A stretch of DNA of 64,000 nucleotides, taken from NCBI RefSeq assembly GCF_021028975.2, contig NC_059430.1, positions 26,598,001 through 26,662,000 of the forward strand, given 5' to 3'. The position numbers were made by a program, and so were the translations under genes. The stretch comes from Sphaerodactylus townsendi (lineage: Eukaryota). Within the stretch, counting starts at the first letter, position 1; each line of letters begins with the position of its first letter. The notes under the pieces were generated by a model that did not search any database, had not been told where the DNA came from, and saw only the letters and a list, made by a program, of their open reading frames with translations. Shown here piece by piece: positions 25,782 through 36,241 of this stretch.

Positions 25782-26677
25782 GTAAGGCTAACCTTCTTCC
25801 TCTGATGTGGAGAGAAGGTTGAAGAGCAGATACCGATCTGAACGAACCAGCCGAAATTTCAGTTGCCATTTGTTTAGTAAAACATTACAACCTGTCTTTC
25901 CCATTCAACTAGAAAGCCCCCAAAGAAACTTGCATAAACACATGAAATAGATAACAACCACAGTCTGTGCCGTAAACATAAAATCACCAAACTCAAAATG
26001 TTGGATCTTCTTTGCTGTAGCATGCTCTGCCCACCTAGCCCTGCTCCCACCATCCATCTGAAAATTTGGTGATAATCATTCATTGAATTATAAATACTCT
26101 TGTATCAAAGTACCATGTTTAATAAAACACATAATAATGATTGTGACAAAGGCAGCACATAAAAATGAATAATTCTCCTATTCATTCAGGACTACATTCT
26201 AATGCGGAACATACAATTTTCTCAACCGCTGCACCTCAAATCACTGTACTAACATCTTTATCTGTGACAGAGTAAAGACACCATTAATTGAAAATGTCTG
26301 TAATATAGATTAATACAGACATTTGGACTTTTCTGTTTAGCAGGTAGTCCATTCATTTGCAAATTGAAGTGCAGCTCCTGCAGGATGTCAACCAGGGATT
26401 GACACTTTTCATTGTATACAATAACAACCTTTTTCACTGATGCCATGGCAATGACATGTAATTACACCTCCCCATCTGTAATTGATTTGTTTACAGTATT
26501 TTATTACATATTTTCCAGCTAAGACAAAAACAAACGCGATTGCTGAATAATTAAGAGATTCTCACAAAGTTATACATACAACCCAACCAGCAAGTATTGA
26601 AGTATTGCTATTCAGTCATACAAAGAATAACACTAAGCCCATAGCTATAATCTTAACTTAAAACAACAAACTTTAAA

Positions 26678-26740
26678 CCCAGAGCCCTTCGGGGATGGGG
26701 CGGTATAAAAGTCCAAACAATAAATAAATAAATAAATAAA
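26678..26740 (+). mobile_element. L2/SINE extreme 3' tail with (AAAT)n
   Basis: CCCAGAGCCCTTCGGGGATGGGGCGGTATAAAA...(AATA)n, as at the end of the 60559 L2. Confidence 0.6.
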
Positions 26741-26800
26741 CGCACTTGAAATTACTTTTGGGCCACAGATAGATTAAAGTAACCATCAGAAATCATCGCT

Positions 26801-26867
26801 TCCAGCATGTTCAACCAACAGTGGATAATAAGGTTATCCAGCATGTTCAACCAACAGTGGATAATAA
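26801..26867. repeat. Tandem duplication, 31-bp unit with 36-bp period
   Basis: TCCAGCATGTTCAACCAACAGTGGATAATAA at 26801 and 26837. Confidence 0.9.
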
Positions 26868-27239
26868 ACACAATCTGAAATATGAGATGTTTTTTAAAAA
26901 GGTACTTATGGCCCAATCCAAATAGGGGGTGGCAATCACCCATGGAAGCAACACAGAGCTGCGCTGGTGGATTCTCTCTCCCCAGGCTACTTCCCCTGGT
27001 GGAGGGATAAATATGCCAGCTGGTGGGCAGCCACCATGCCCTTCTGGGATGCTTGGATGTAGTGCTGAGCACTGTATTAGTGCTCCTGAACCACTACCAG
27101 CCCCATTGTGTGGCAGAAATGTCTCTGGGGGCGGGACAGACGTTAGTCGGCTTCCATCCCAGATTTGCAGGGAAATGTACAGCAGCTGGGACCTTGGACT
27201 AACACCACCCTTCTGGTGGCTTAAGTCCATTGAGCACTA

Positions 27240-27425
27240 TGGAGAGCTTTCCACCACCCTCTGAGGCAGTGTACTCCATTGTTGAACAGCCCTTACCGTC
27301 AGGAAGTTCTTCATAATGTTTGGGTAGAATTTCTTTTCTCGTAGTTTGAATCCGTTACTCCACGTCCTAGTCTATGGAGCAGCGGAAAACAAGATTGCTC
27401 CCTCTTCAACATGACATCCCTTCAA
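27240..27425 (-). mobile_element. CR1 LINE ORF2 3' fragment
   Basis: Reverse complement reads like ...RTWSNGFKLREKKFYPNIMKNFLTVRAVQQWSTLPQRVVESS, the CR1 ORF2 C-terminus. Confidence 0.75.
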
Positions 27426-27693
27426 TTAGTTCAAATAAACTTCACAACATTTACTTTCAACAAGATATGGATGGTTCACACTATGAAATGATGTGTGACT
27501 AAACCAAAACCTTCTGTTTTAGGATTTTAAAAAAATTAATTGACATATTCACAGAATTTCAGGTTCACAACTAATTCCTTCCAAGTTTCATACTGTGCAT
27601 CAGGGATATGGGAGGGGAGGAAGAAACTAAAGCTCACAAGAGTTTGTCGGGGTGGGATTTATCTGTTCTGCCAACGTGTTTTCTCCTACATAC

Positions 27694-27803
27694 CATGTTG
27701 ACTGCATCTTGATCGAAGGGGTTCCATTCTATGTTCTGGGGATAGTGTGCTAAGACCTTGGACTTAAACGTTCTTCTTAAGGGACTCTGGTCAAAATTTT
27801 CTC
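27694..27803 (-). CDS. DENND5B: DENND5B coding exon 2 (110 nt), uDENN start: (G)[36 protein letters not shown]
   Basis: Manual translation of the minus strand; acceptor TTGCAG|GA, donor ATG|GTATGT. Residues [12 protein letters not shown] and AVNM fit DENND5B rather than DENND5A. Not in the ORF track. Confidence 0.95.
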
Positions 27804-28059
27804 CTGCAACAAATTAGAAACAACTGTTGTTAACAAGACAAGAAAATGTTCAAAGCTCATTTTGGTCAGACAAAAGTAAACAAAACAGAAAATAAAATAC
27901 TCAAATCTTTTCATTTGCAAACCCTCTCCCCTGCACATGAATATTTGTTTGTTTTATTTATATCCCATCCTTTTTCAACAGTGATAGGTTCAGGGCAGCA
28001 AAGAACAACATATTCAACATACACATAAATAAACTTAAAACCAACCAATATCTACATAG

Positions 28060-28464
28060 ATAACAGATGGTTTTAAGTTGGCTGAAATCCAGGCAAACAT
28101 CACTGGTGGTCCCATGATCCAGTAAATTCATCACTTGAACAAAGAAGGTTATTAGGTTGGCCTGGCAGGATCTGTTGGGGACAAATCTATGGTGACTTCC
28201 CCAAATCACCAAGTTGTCCAGATGCTCACAGATTGACCCCTTCAGTATCTTCCCTGGGATAGAAGTCAGACTGACTGGATCATCCTGAAGATCGGGATAA
28301 CATTTGCCCTCCTCCCATTTTGTGGCACATTTACCATTCTCTAAGAGAGCCTGAAGATAATAGACAAGGGTCTTGAGGGCTCTCTAGAAAGTTCTTTGAG
28401 CACTCTTGGATACCCACCATCTGGCTCAGGGAATTTGCACTCATCGAATGCAGTCAAGTGCCTC
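28060..28464 (-). mobile_element. CR1 LINE RT-domain remnant
   Basis: ORF 27958..28212 (HRFVPNRSCQANLITFF...CLDFS) and ORF 28341..28673 tail (PEPDGGYPRVLKELSREPSRPLSIIF) match CR1 RT motifs. Confidence 0.8.
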
Positions 28465-28478
28465 ACAATAAGATAATT

Positions 28479-28703
28479 GGGGTGCTGTGTGGTTTCCAGA
28501 CTGTATGGCTGTGTTCTAGCAGCATTCTCTCCTGACATTTTGCCTGCATCTGTGGCTGGCATCTTCAGAGGATCAGACCCTCTGAAGAGGCCAGCCACAG
28601 ATGCAGGCAAAACGTCAGGAGAGAATGCTGCTAGAACACGGCCATACAGCCCGGAAACCACACAGCACCCCAATGATTCCGGCCGTGAAAGCCTTCGACA
28701 ATA
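28479..28703. mobile_element. Penelope-like element (PLE) terminus: inverted pLTR + direct pLTR + 3' tail, each arm with a hammerhead motif
   Basis: About 93-bp inverted repeat with a ~7-bp spacer, tail ...CCGGCCGTGAAAGCCTTCGACAATA, flanking direct repeat ACAATAAGATAATTGG (28465-28480, 28698-28713). Confidence 0.85.
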
Positions 28704-28779
28704 AGATAATTGGTGGCAGCGTAATAATTCATAAGATTTTCTTCTTACAAACTTAAATAAATTGTTGAATCAATCTGTC

Positions 28780-28960
28780 TCATGTTGAGTCTTTCTGTTT
28801 TCCCCCTGCCTTCAACTTTTCTTAGCATTGTCTTTTCCAGTGACTCTCATCTTCTCCAATGTGACCAAAGTACGATAGCCTCAGTTTAGTCATTTTACTT
28901 TCCATGGAGAGTACAGGCTTCATTTGATCTAGAACCAATATATTAGTCTTTTTGGCAGCC
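28780..28960 (-). mobile_element. RTE-clade LINE 3' fragment
   Basis: Reverse complement encodes KMTKLRLSYFGHI...SLEKTML.KVEG, typical of the RTE/BovB-like C-terminus. Confidence 0.7.
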
Positions 28961-29339
28961 TATTTATTTTATTTGTCTTTTTTAGCAATCCTGAATTTCA
29001 AAAACCCAGCCAGAGAACAAAAGCAGGTAACACTAAGCTTAAATTACGTTTTCAGAGTCAAAAAGACATTATGAAATGGGGGAGAATCAAACTTTGGTTC
29101 TTTCCCACCACCATCCACTCTTCATTTTCACTCTGACTCCCAGTAGGCTTTTATAGATATGACTATCTATCACATCTTTAAAACGCTGAAACAAAAGGGA
29201 AATTCAGATACCTCTCCTCCACAGAGAGAGACAAACTCATATGAACAGTACTTGCTGCAAGTTCTAATTCTAACCAAGCAAGAGTTTTAGCCTAGATTTC
29301 AGACAACCCCCTTTATTTGCAGCAGCAGCGGAAATGGCA

Positions 29340-29660
29340 AAGTGGCGAAGCTACAAGGGGAAGGGGGTGCGCTGTGCACCAGGCACACGCCTGCGGGCAT
29401 GGAAAATCGCCATGGCGCCCCCGCAGCTCCCCACCGCGGCACCCCCCCCTTCCCTTAGTTCCTTTCCTTTTTGAGAACTTTTTCAAGCTGCAAAAGGCCT
29501 GTTCGCAGTAAAAACGTTTTTACTGAGAACAGGCCTTTTGCAGCCTGAAAAAATTCTCAAAAAGGAAAGGAACTAAGGGAAGTGTGGGAAGGGGGGAAGC
29601 GGCGGGGGATGCAGCATATAAAATGCGCACCGGGCGCAGTTTGGCCCAGGTACGCCTCTG
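29340..29660. mobile_element. Non-autonomous DNA element (CAGTGGCGTA-type ends) with a central 134-bp palindrome (29449..29582)
   Basis: Ends AGTGGCGAAGC / GTACGCCTCTG; 67-bp arms with 3 mismatches and no spacer; no clear TSD. Confidence 0.6.
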
Positions 29661-29706
29661 CAGCAGCATCAAATGTGGCAAGGCACCAGAGGAAAGGGAA
29701 TAATAA

Positions 29707-30001
29707 GTATAAGAGTTGATTTTTATGCCTACTTTTCTCTACTGAAAGGAGTCTCAAAGTGGCTTACAATCATGTTCCCTTCCCCCGCACATACAATAGA
29801 CACCCTGTGAGGTAGATAGGGATGAGAGAATTCTGAGAGAACTGTGACTAGCTCAACATCACCCATCAGGCTTCATGCGGAGGAATTGGGAATTGAACCT
29901 GGTTTCTCCAGATTAGAGTTCGCTGCTCTAGTGGAGGAACAGAGAACCAAAGTTGGCTCTCCAGATTGGAGTCCACCACTCTTAGCTACTACGCCACACT
30001 G
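29707..30001 (-). mobile_element. Squam3-like SINE
   Basis: Same body as 19545; head segment (CTCTAATCTGGAG...) repeated. Confidence 0.82.
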
Positions 30002-31794
30002 AATTTTCCCATTTATACTTAAGAAAGAATGAGTTGTTCCTATTTGGCCTCGTTTGCCTTAAAAATCCTCACTATTGATGTATGGTTCAGAAAAGCAAAT
30101 CCTCACTATTGATAGACAGTTCAGGAAAGCAAAAACAACTGTCTGTGTAGTGTTCTGCAGAAGGTTATGGACAACACAAACCAACAGACCCGAAATCCCA
30201 AAATAAATGAGACAGGTTAGCCTGCAATGCAGAACAAAGTTTTAGGCAAGCTTATCTTTAGGGCGCACATGGAATGCTGGACAGTAGCCAGCATTCTGAA
30301 ATTCTGAAAACTGTAATATTAGACCAGCTATCTTTGTATAAGCTCTGTTCCACAAAGACACATACCGGTATGGTTTTTGAAATACACAACGTAAAAGGAA
30401 GTTTCTTAGATAGCACACACTTTTTCTTAGATAGCACACAGGGTTTTCCAGAATTCCTGCCATTTGCTTGCTTTGCAACTTTCCTACAAATAGTGTAACC
30501 CGGGCTTTCACAAATTATAACCCACCAAATCCAATGCAGCTCAGTACAAGGAGTGCTGACGTGTTTATCTTCATTAGACAAACATTTGAGCACTAGCTCC
30601 TGAAGCCTTTATTCCTATATCCAATAGTAAAGTGGGTGGTTTGTTTCCATCATTAAAGGAACAAAAACAGTGAGGTAATTTTTTTTTTGCTGTCCTTTCC
30701 TCTTGCTGCAGCCCCAAATGACACTTTTATGGGTAAAGGACCTGCAGGAATAGCTCGGGATGGGTGGTGGGGCTGGAGCTGGAGGTCTGAAGGGGGCAGG
30801 GGGAATCAGCACCCTCCCCTCCACCCACATCAGTTTTAGGTGGGAATGAAGGTCAAAATGCACAATGACAGAAATTTGTGATTCGTCAATCTGTTATAAT
30901 TTCTCACTCGAACTTTGAAAATAATGACTAAAATGATACATGGGGAAAATGCACCTGGAATAACCCTTGAAACTAACAGAATTTAGAACTATATATTAAC
31001 CACCTTCAAGAAAGATTGCATTTATTAGATTAGTACATATAAATATAGATGAAAGAATTCTCAGTTGAAAATACAAAAGACTAGGTAAAAGCCATTGTAT
31101 CCACGTCTCTTTTTTTGCATTGTGTATGTGCGTCAGTTGTGACAAAAGGATTTTGATGAAATATCTGCTGAGAAGTATATAGCTCTTGAAATATGTCTGC
31201 AAAGATGCTTTTCCAAAAGAATTCTTTAAGAGCGGTTGTAATGCAATTATGAAACTGATTATCATGCAAAATGAGAGGAGGATACCTTGCTCAACTTGTA
31301 AGTAAAATGGGGAAAAATTGCTCTTCTCTGGAAAAAGAGATGCTGAATCTGCTAACATGATCCTGACAAGATACAAAACTGGATGTTCAACTGCAAAGGC
31401 CTCAGTGTTGTAAACCTTCTAATTGTGGCTTTCCATTAGGAAGTGGATCACATCCACACAGACCTGCAGAATTTTTCAGGGGTCAGCTGGCTTCTGGCCA
31501 ACAGGAGAAGGGTAGACTGCACAATTACATTGGCAGCAGGACTGTAAGCTCCATCTTGGGAAACAGCTGGAGATGTTGGGGGTGGAGAATGAGGAGGGTG
31601 GGGTTTGGGGAGGAGGTACTGCAACAGAGTACAGTACCGCAGAATCCACCTTCCGAAGAGGCCATCATCTCCAGATAAACTAATCTCTACTGCCTGGTGA
31701 TCAGCTGCAATAGAGGGAGATCTCCAGCCACCATCTGCATGGCCTATCACAAGAACAATTTTGCATCCAATGGCATACTTATTTCGGTCTACAC

Positions 31795-31989
31795 CAGCAG
31801 TTCTCAACCTGTGGATCGCGACCCCTTTGGGGGTCGAACAACCCTTTCTCAGGGATCGCCTAAGACCATCGGAAAACACATATTTCCGATGGTCTTAGGA
31901 ACCGAGACACAAATAATTTTATGGTTGGGGGTCACCACAACATGAACTGTATTAAAGGGTCGCGGCATTAGGAAGGTTGAGAACCACTG
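31795..31989. mobile_element. SPIN (Space Invaders)-type hAT MITE
   Basis: TIRs CAG(C/T)(A/G)GTTCTCAACCT; subterminal CCTAATGCCGCGACCCTTTAATACAGTTC..GTTGTGGTGACCCCCAACCATAAAATTATTT as in SPIN/URR1; TSD GTCTACAC. Confidence 0.9.
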
Positions 31990-32560
31990 GTCTACACAGA
32001 CAAATGAATACATCAAAGCCTGTCCATTTCCCTCAGAATAGAGTGAATTTGTGTCAAATACAAATTCTATGGTTAAAAAAACCACAGAGTTTCAGGCAAT
32101 TCCTAGAAAGGCAGAGCATCACTTTCAGGTTTTCCCTGCAAGTGATGTGATGTTATCAATCCGACAGTGATTTCTCAACTTGTCCTACAAAAGCAGGCCC
32201 CACTGCAAACTCCAGTCTTGGCAGCTGCCAGATTAGCTTTCAGCATTACCATCTTTAATTAATTCTATGGCCTTGTACCCCACTGAGGTCTCCGTCCCCT
32301 CCGGGATCCATTCCTGAATCTCCAGGACTTCCTCAACCTACAGCTGGCAACCCTAAGCCCCCCCATTTCCCACTAGCAGAGAGCTGAAAAACCTACATGA
32401 AAGCCACAGGAAATGGTGATGAAAGAAACACAAACAATGGAAGAAGATTTAACATCATTTGAGAGAGTGCTAAAAGATGGGAGAAAATCTAGACAGCTTT
32501 AAAGTATTTTCATTAATTGGTAAACCCCTTCCCCTCCCCTCTTGCTTTGTTTTTTTTTAC

Positions 32561-32626
32561 CTGTTTTTCTGTCAGCAGTATCTGAGCTCTTGCCAAGGCG
32601 ATCTGCTTCTAGCCACTGGTATAAGA
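32561..32626 (-). CDS. DENND5B: DENND5B alternative cassette exon in intron 1 (66 nt, phase 1/1): (V)LYQWLEADRLGKSSDTADRKT(G)
   Basis: U-rich tract + ATGTAG|TC, donor ACAG|GTAAAA; frame-preserving; resembles an LYQWLEADR insert recalled from longer vertebrate DENND5B isoforms (unverified recall). Confidence 0.8.
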
Positions 32627-33345
32627 CTACATAACATAACAGAAACAAAAAGTACGTATGAACAAAATGAACAGAAAATGCAGACACACACACACATACA
32701 CACACAAAACACGGTTTAAACCACACACCAGCGCTAAGAAGCAGTGATATTTCCCTTCACTGCTCCTAGCGGAAGGCAAATGAAGGACAATGAGTGTTAG
32801 ACACAGAAAACACAAGGCTTTCTCTACCAGGAAGCTCTTCCACAAAAGCCATGCCAAGGAAATTCCCACCCGCTTCAAAAGGGCTTAGCCCAATATATAA
32901 AAAGGGCTGTACTTTAGCTATGCTGGTATACAACCCTTTTGCATAGCATGGAGGTATACACCACTGGAGCATACCCAAAAGTTTTGTATGGCATCATCCC
33001 TCAACGAAATGTGAACAGGTAACAAGAAGCCCCAAACTGTGGCACAGAGTACACTCATGTGCCATCCAAGAGGCTGCTGTGAGCCTTGAACAGTTACACC
33101 ACCATCTTGTAGGCCACACCTATAGGATCAACTCCCTCCCCACCTCTCACCAGTGTAGGAGGCAGTGACCTCAGCTCAAGGGAGAGAGTACCAGGGCTCC
33201 TCTACTCTGCCTCTGTAGAAGCTGACAGTTATGGAGGGTGAGGGGGATTGAACCGCTGCCCAGAAAGTATTCCTGGTAGGGAAAGGAAGTATTAACTGGG
33301 CTACTCTGCATTTGCAAGAGAAATGCTTGCCTGTATATTCTAGGC

Positions 33346-33479
33346 CCGTGGTGGTGAACCTATGGCACTCCAGATGTTCATGGACTACAATTCCCATCAG
33401 CCCCTGCCAGCTTGGCCAATTGGCTGATGGGAATTGTAGCCCCATGAACATCTGGAGTGCTATAGGTTCACCACCACTG
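33346..33479. mobile_element. 134-bp fold-back hAT MITE (copy 3)
   Basis: Same family as 9866; TSD TTCTAGGC. Confidence 0.92.
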
Positions 33480-33639
33480 TTCTAGGCAGACATCCACAGT
33501 TTGGGAAACACTGATTATTAAATGCTGCTTGTCCATGGCAACGTTCAGTTACATGGAGCCTGGGAACACACAACATACAACCAATCTGGTTTGTTGGACC
33601 TTCTTCATTCAGCAAAGATAAAGCACTGGGTGATTACTG

Positions 33640-33895
33640 ACCCATGAGGTGATGTCACATCACAATGTTTACCAGGCAGACTATGTTTACAGGGTGGTTT
33701 GCCATGACCTTCCCCTGCTCTCTACACTTTACCCCCAGCAAGCTGGGTACTCTTTTTACCAACGTTGGAAGGATATAAGGCTGAGTCAACCCTGAGTCTG
33801 AAGGCTGTCTGAAATCGACTTCCACCAGAATCCAACAGGTAGTGAGTAGAGCTTTGCCTGCAGTACTGCAGCTTACCCATTCTGTGCCACCAGGT
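33640..33895 (-). mobile_element. Sauria SINE (Squam1-like)
   Basis: Diagnostic CCCAGCAAGCTGGGTACTC..TTTACC..GGAAGGAT..AAGGCTGAGTCAACC and GGTGGTTTGCCAT; boundaries approximate. Confidence 0.72.
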
Positions 33896-33952
33896 TCTAG
33901 GGTTTAATCCAACTATGGTTTCTCATGATGTCTGAATGCGTCTCAGATTCTC

Positions 33953-34115
33953 CCCATTTGAGCACAGTGGCTAGAGAAGTCTCAAAGGACAGAGTCCCTG
34001 GGCACTGCATTTTCTGTCTAGGGAAGAAGGGCTTTCCAGCCTTCGCAGAGCAATTTGCAAGTGATTGGCAGAAATAGAACAAATAATCCATGATAAAACG
34101 ATAAAGGACATGCAT
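33953..34115 (-). CDS. DENND5B: Candidate alternative first coding exon of DENND5B (MHVLYRFIMDYLFYFCQ...LATVLKW + G) with non-canonical or decayed donor
   Basis: ATG-initiated ORF 33897..34115 in non-repeat DNA 1.3 kb upstream of the cassette exon; a phase-1 junction TGG G|GAGAAT would join in frame, but it has GA instead of GT. Confidence 0.45.
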
Positions 34116-35930
34116 CCATCTCGGAAGTGAATAATTTATCCATGTTGCAGAATTCAGCTTGGCACTGAGGCAGGTTTACCAGGATGACAACTTTCGATTT
34201 GAGTGTGTACAGCCCTAAGCATATGCTTGCAACAGCTCCCAAAGTAGAAAAAAAAGACACACCACACACAAAAGTGTAAAAAGCACTTCATACGTTGAAA
34301 TGAATGGTATGGAAGTGATGAACAGAATGTGAGAAAAACTGTACTGTTAATTTATTTGAATTTTAAACATTCCCTGCTTACAGCTAAAATGTGAAAGAGC
34401 TCAAGAAGAATGAAAGAAAAGCGTCACGCAAAATGGAAGGAATGGAAAATGAACAAGAGAATATCACAAGATAGATATGAGTTACGGACTCTGCTCTCAC
34501 CTTCGTGCTAGCTGTAGAGTTATACATAATGAATGTCTTCCCTGCCTTTCAGTCTAAGATTCTAAGATAACCGTTAATCAGCTAAGGAAACTGAATGCAC
34601 AGAGAATCCCAAAGGGCAGCATTTTTAAGAGCACATGCCAGCATCTGTCATTTGGAATTTCATTAGCACAAGCTTAGTACATTTGGCTTTCATCTTTACA
34701 TTCGCAGACTGTTAGGAGAACCCTGCCCAAGTATTGTGGTCTATCACTATGCCTTTGCCTAAAATGGCACATGATGGGAGTCAGGGCCTACGCCAAAAGA
34801 ACATTAATGTTCCTCTGTGGGAACTCACTGTAAGGAGATTATATCCCAGCTCTGACCTTGAATGATAGCTCCAGCAAGGCGATACAGTTTCCTCCCACCT
34901 AAGAGCGGGTGTGTGAGCATATATGGAAAAACAGCAATTTGTCTTTAGAATGGAAGGAGAAATAACCGGAGGGAGGGCAAACTTTGATTGGCTGAAAGGT
35001 GAGCAACTGGGATGCAGCGTCTCTCTGTCTTGGCATCTAGTGCGGACTGGTAGATCTGCTGTTGTCTATGTCTCTGTTTAGACTCCATTTTGCAAATTTG
35101 TAAATAAATGCCAAAGGTCACCAAGACTCTCATCCAGAGGCATTCCTCCCATTGGGCAAAGTGGGCAGTTGCCCAGTGCCCATGGGGGGGCATCAAACTC
35201 AGGTTTTGCCCAGGGCTCCAGTTTGCCTAGGTACGCCTCGGCATCCAAAAGAATCTAAACCTGGTAATTTCTTGCTACCCAGACAAGTAGGAACACAAGT
35301 TTCAGACAGTCTTTCTCAGACCTCCCCTCTTTAAGTGAGGATGGTTCTGCTCTTCCTGTGATAACCCAATAGCTGTGTGCTTACGGGCACTTTCTGAAGA
35401 ACTGGGCAGACTCAGGCTCAAACCCAGACTTTGCCATGGAAGCCTGTTGGGTGACCTTGGACCAGTCACACACGCTTCGTCTGATCTACTTTGCAGGGCT
35501 ATCGCAAGGATAAAATGGAAACAAGGAAAACGATGCAAGCGGCTTTGGGTCCAAATGAAAACAAACAAAGCTGAAGGCCTGGTGCCCAGGCATTGACAAA
35601 TCATCCATGTACATGCCTACTGGAGTGCGGGATTCCCTGCTGTACATACACTGCTGATACAGGAACATATATGTTTAACACGCTTTATAGGGTGGCTGCG
35701 TTACACAGTGAACAGAACTGCCACGTGAAGTGGGAAGCTCCCCTCAATGTGTTGCAATCTTATTATCTTACCCTTTAAAAAGAAACTGTCTTCTTCCTTT
35801 AGAATCCGCCAAAAATAAATAAATGGCACCTTCCCTGAAATTTCTGCAACAGGTATATGATTTAAAATTAACTGGATAAGAGTCAGAGTAATCAATTGAC
35901 AGCCTTAATTAGTCTTAGTACAGTTTAGGT

Positions 35931-36241
35931 CAGCGATTCCCAACTAGGGTTCTGTGGTATCCTGGGGTGCCGCGAGCATGTCCTAGGGGTACCGTGGCAA
36001 TGCTACCAGCCCCCCTCACTTTTGCGGTGTCTCCCACCAGTACCAGCAAGGATATGGAGCTGGCCCAGAGGGCAGGGCCTGCCGCAAGGTCAGCAGCTTC
36101 CCTTCACCCTGGGAGGGGAAGGTGGGGGGTGGCAAGCAGGGGCACTGGGATGGGAAGGTGGGGGGAGGATGGCAGGGGTACTGTGAGATATGAAGAGTGA
36201 GGTCAAGGGTACCATGATGTCGAAAAGGTTGGAAAACACTG
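35931..36241. mobile_element. hAT (Charlie-like) MITE
   Basis: TIRs CAGCGATTCCCAAC / GTTGGAAAACACTG; perfect TSD GTTTAGGT. Confidence 0.85.

Noticed and set aside
26801-26867. CRISPR-like repeat
   Set aside because: Two copies only with a 5-bp gap, in a vertebrate intron with no cas genes.
28341-28704. Near-identical ORFs on opposite strands (MGCCVVS...)
   Set aside because: A consequence of the PLE inverted repeat, not protein genes.
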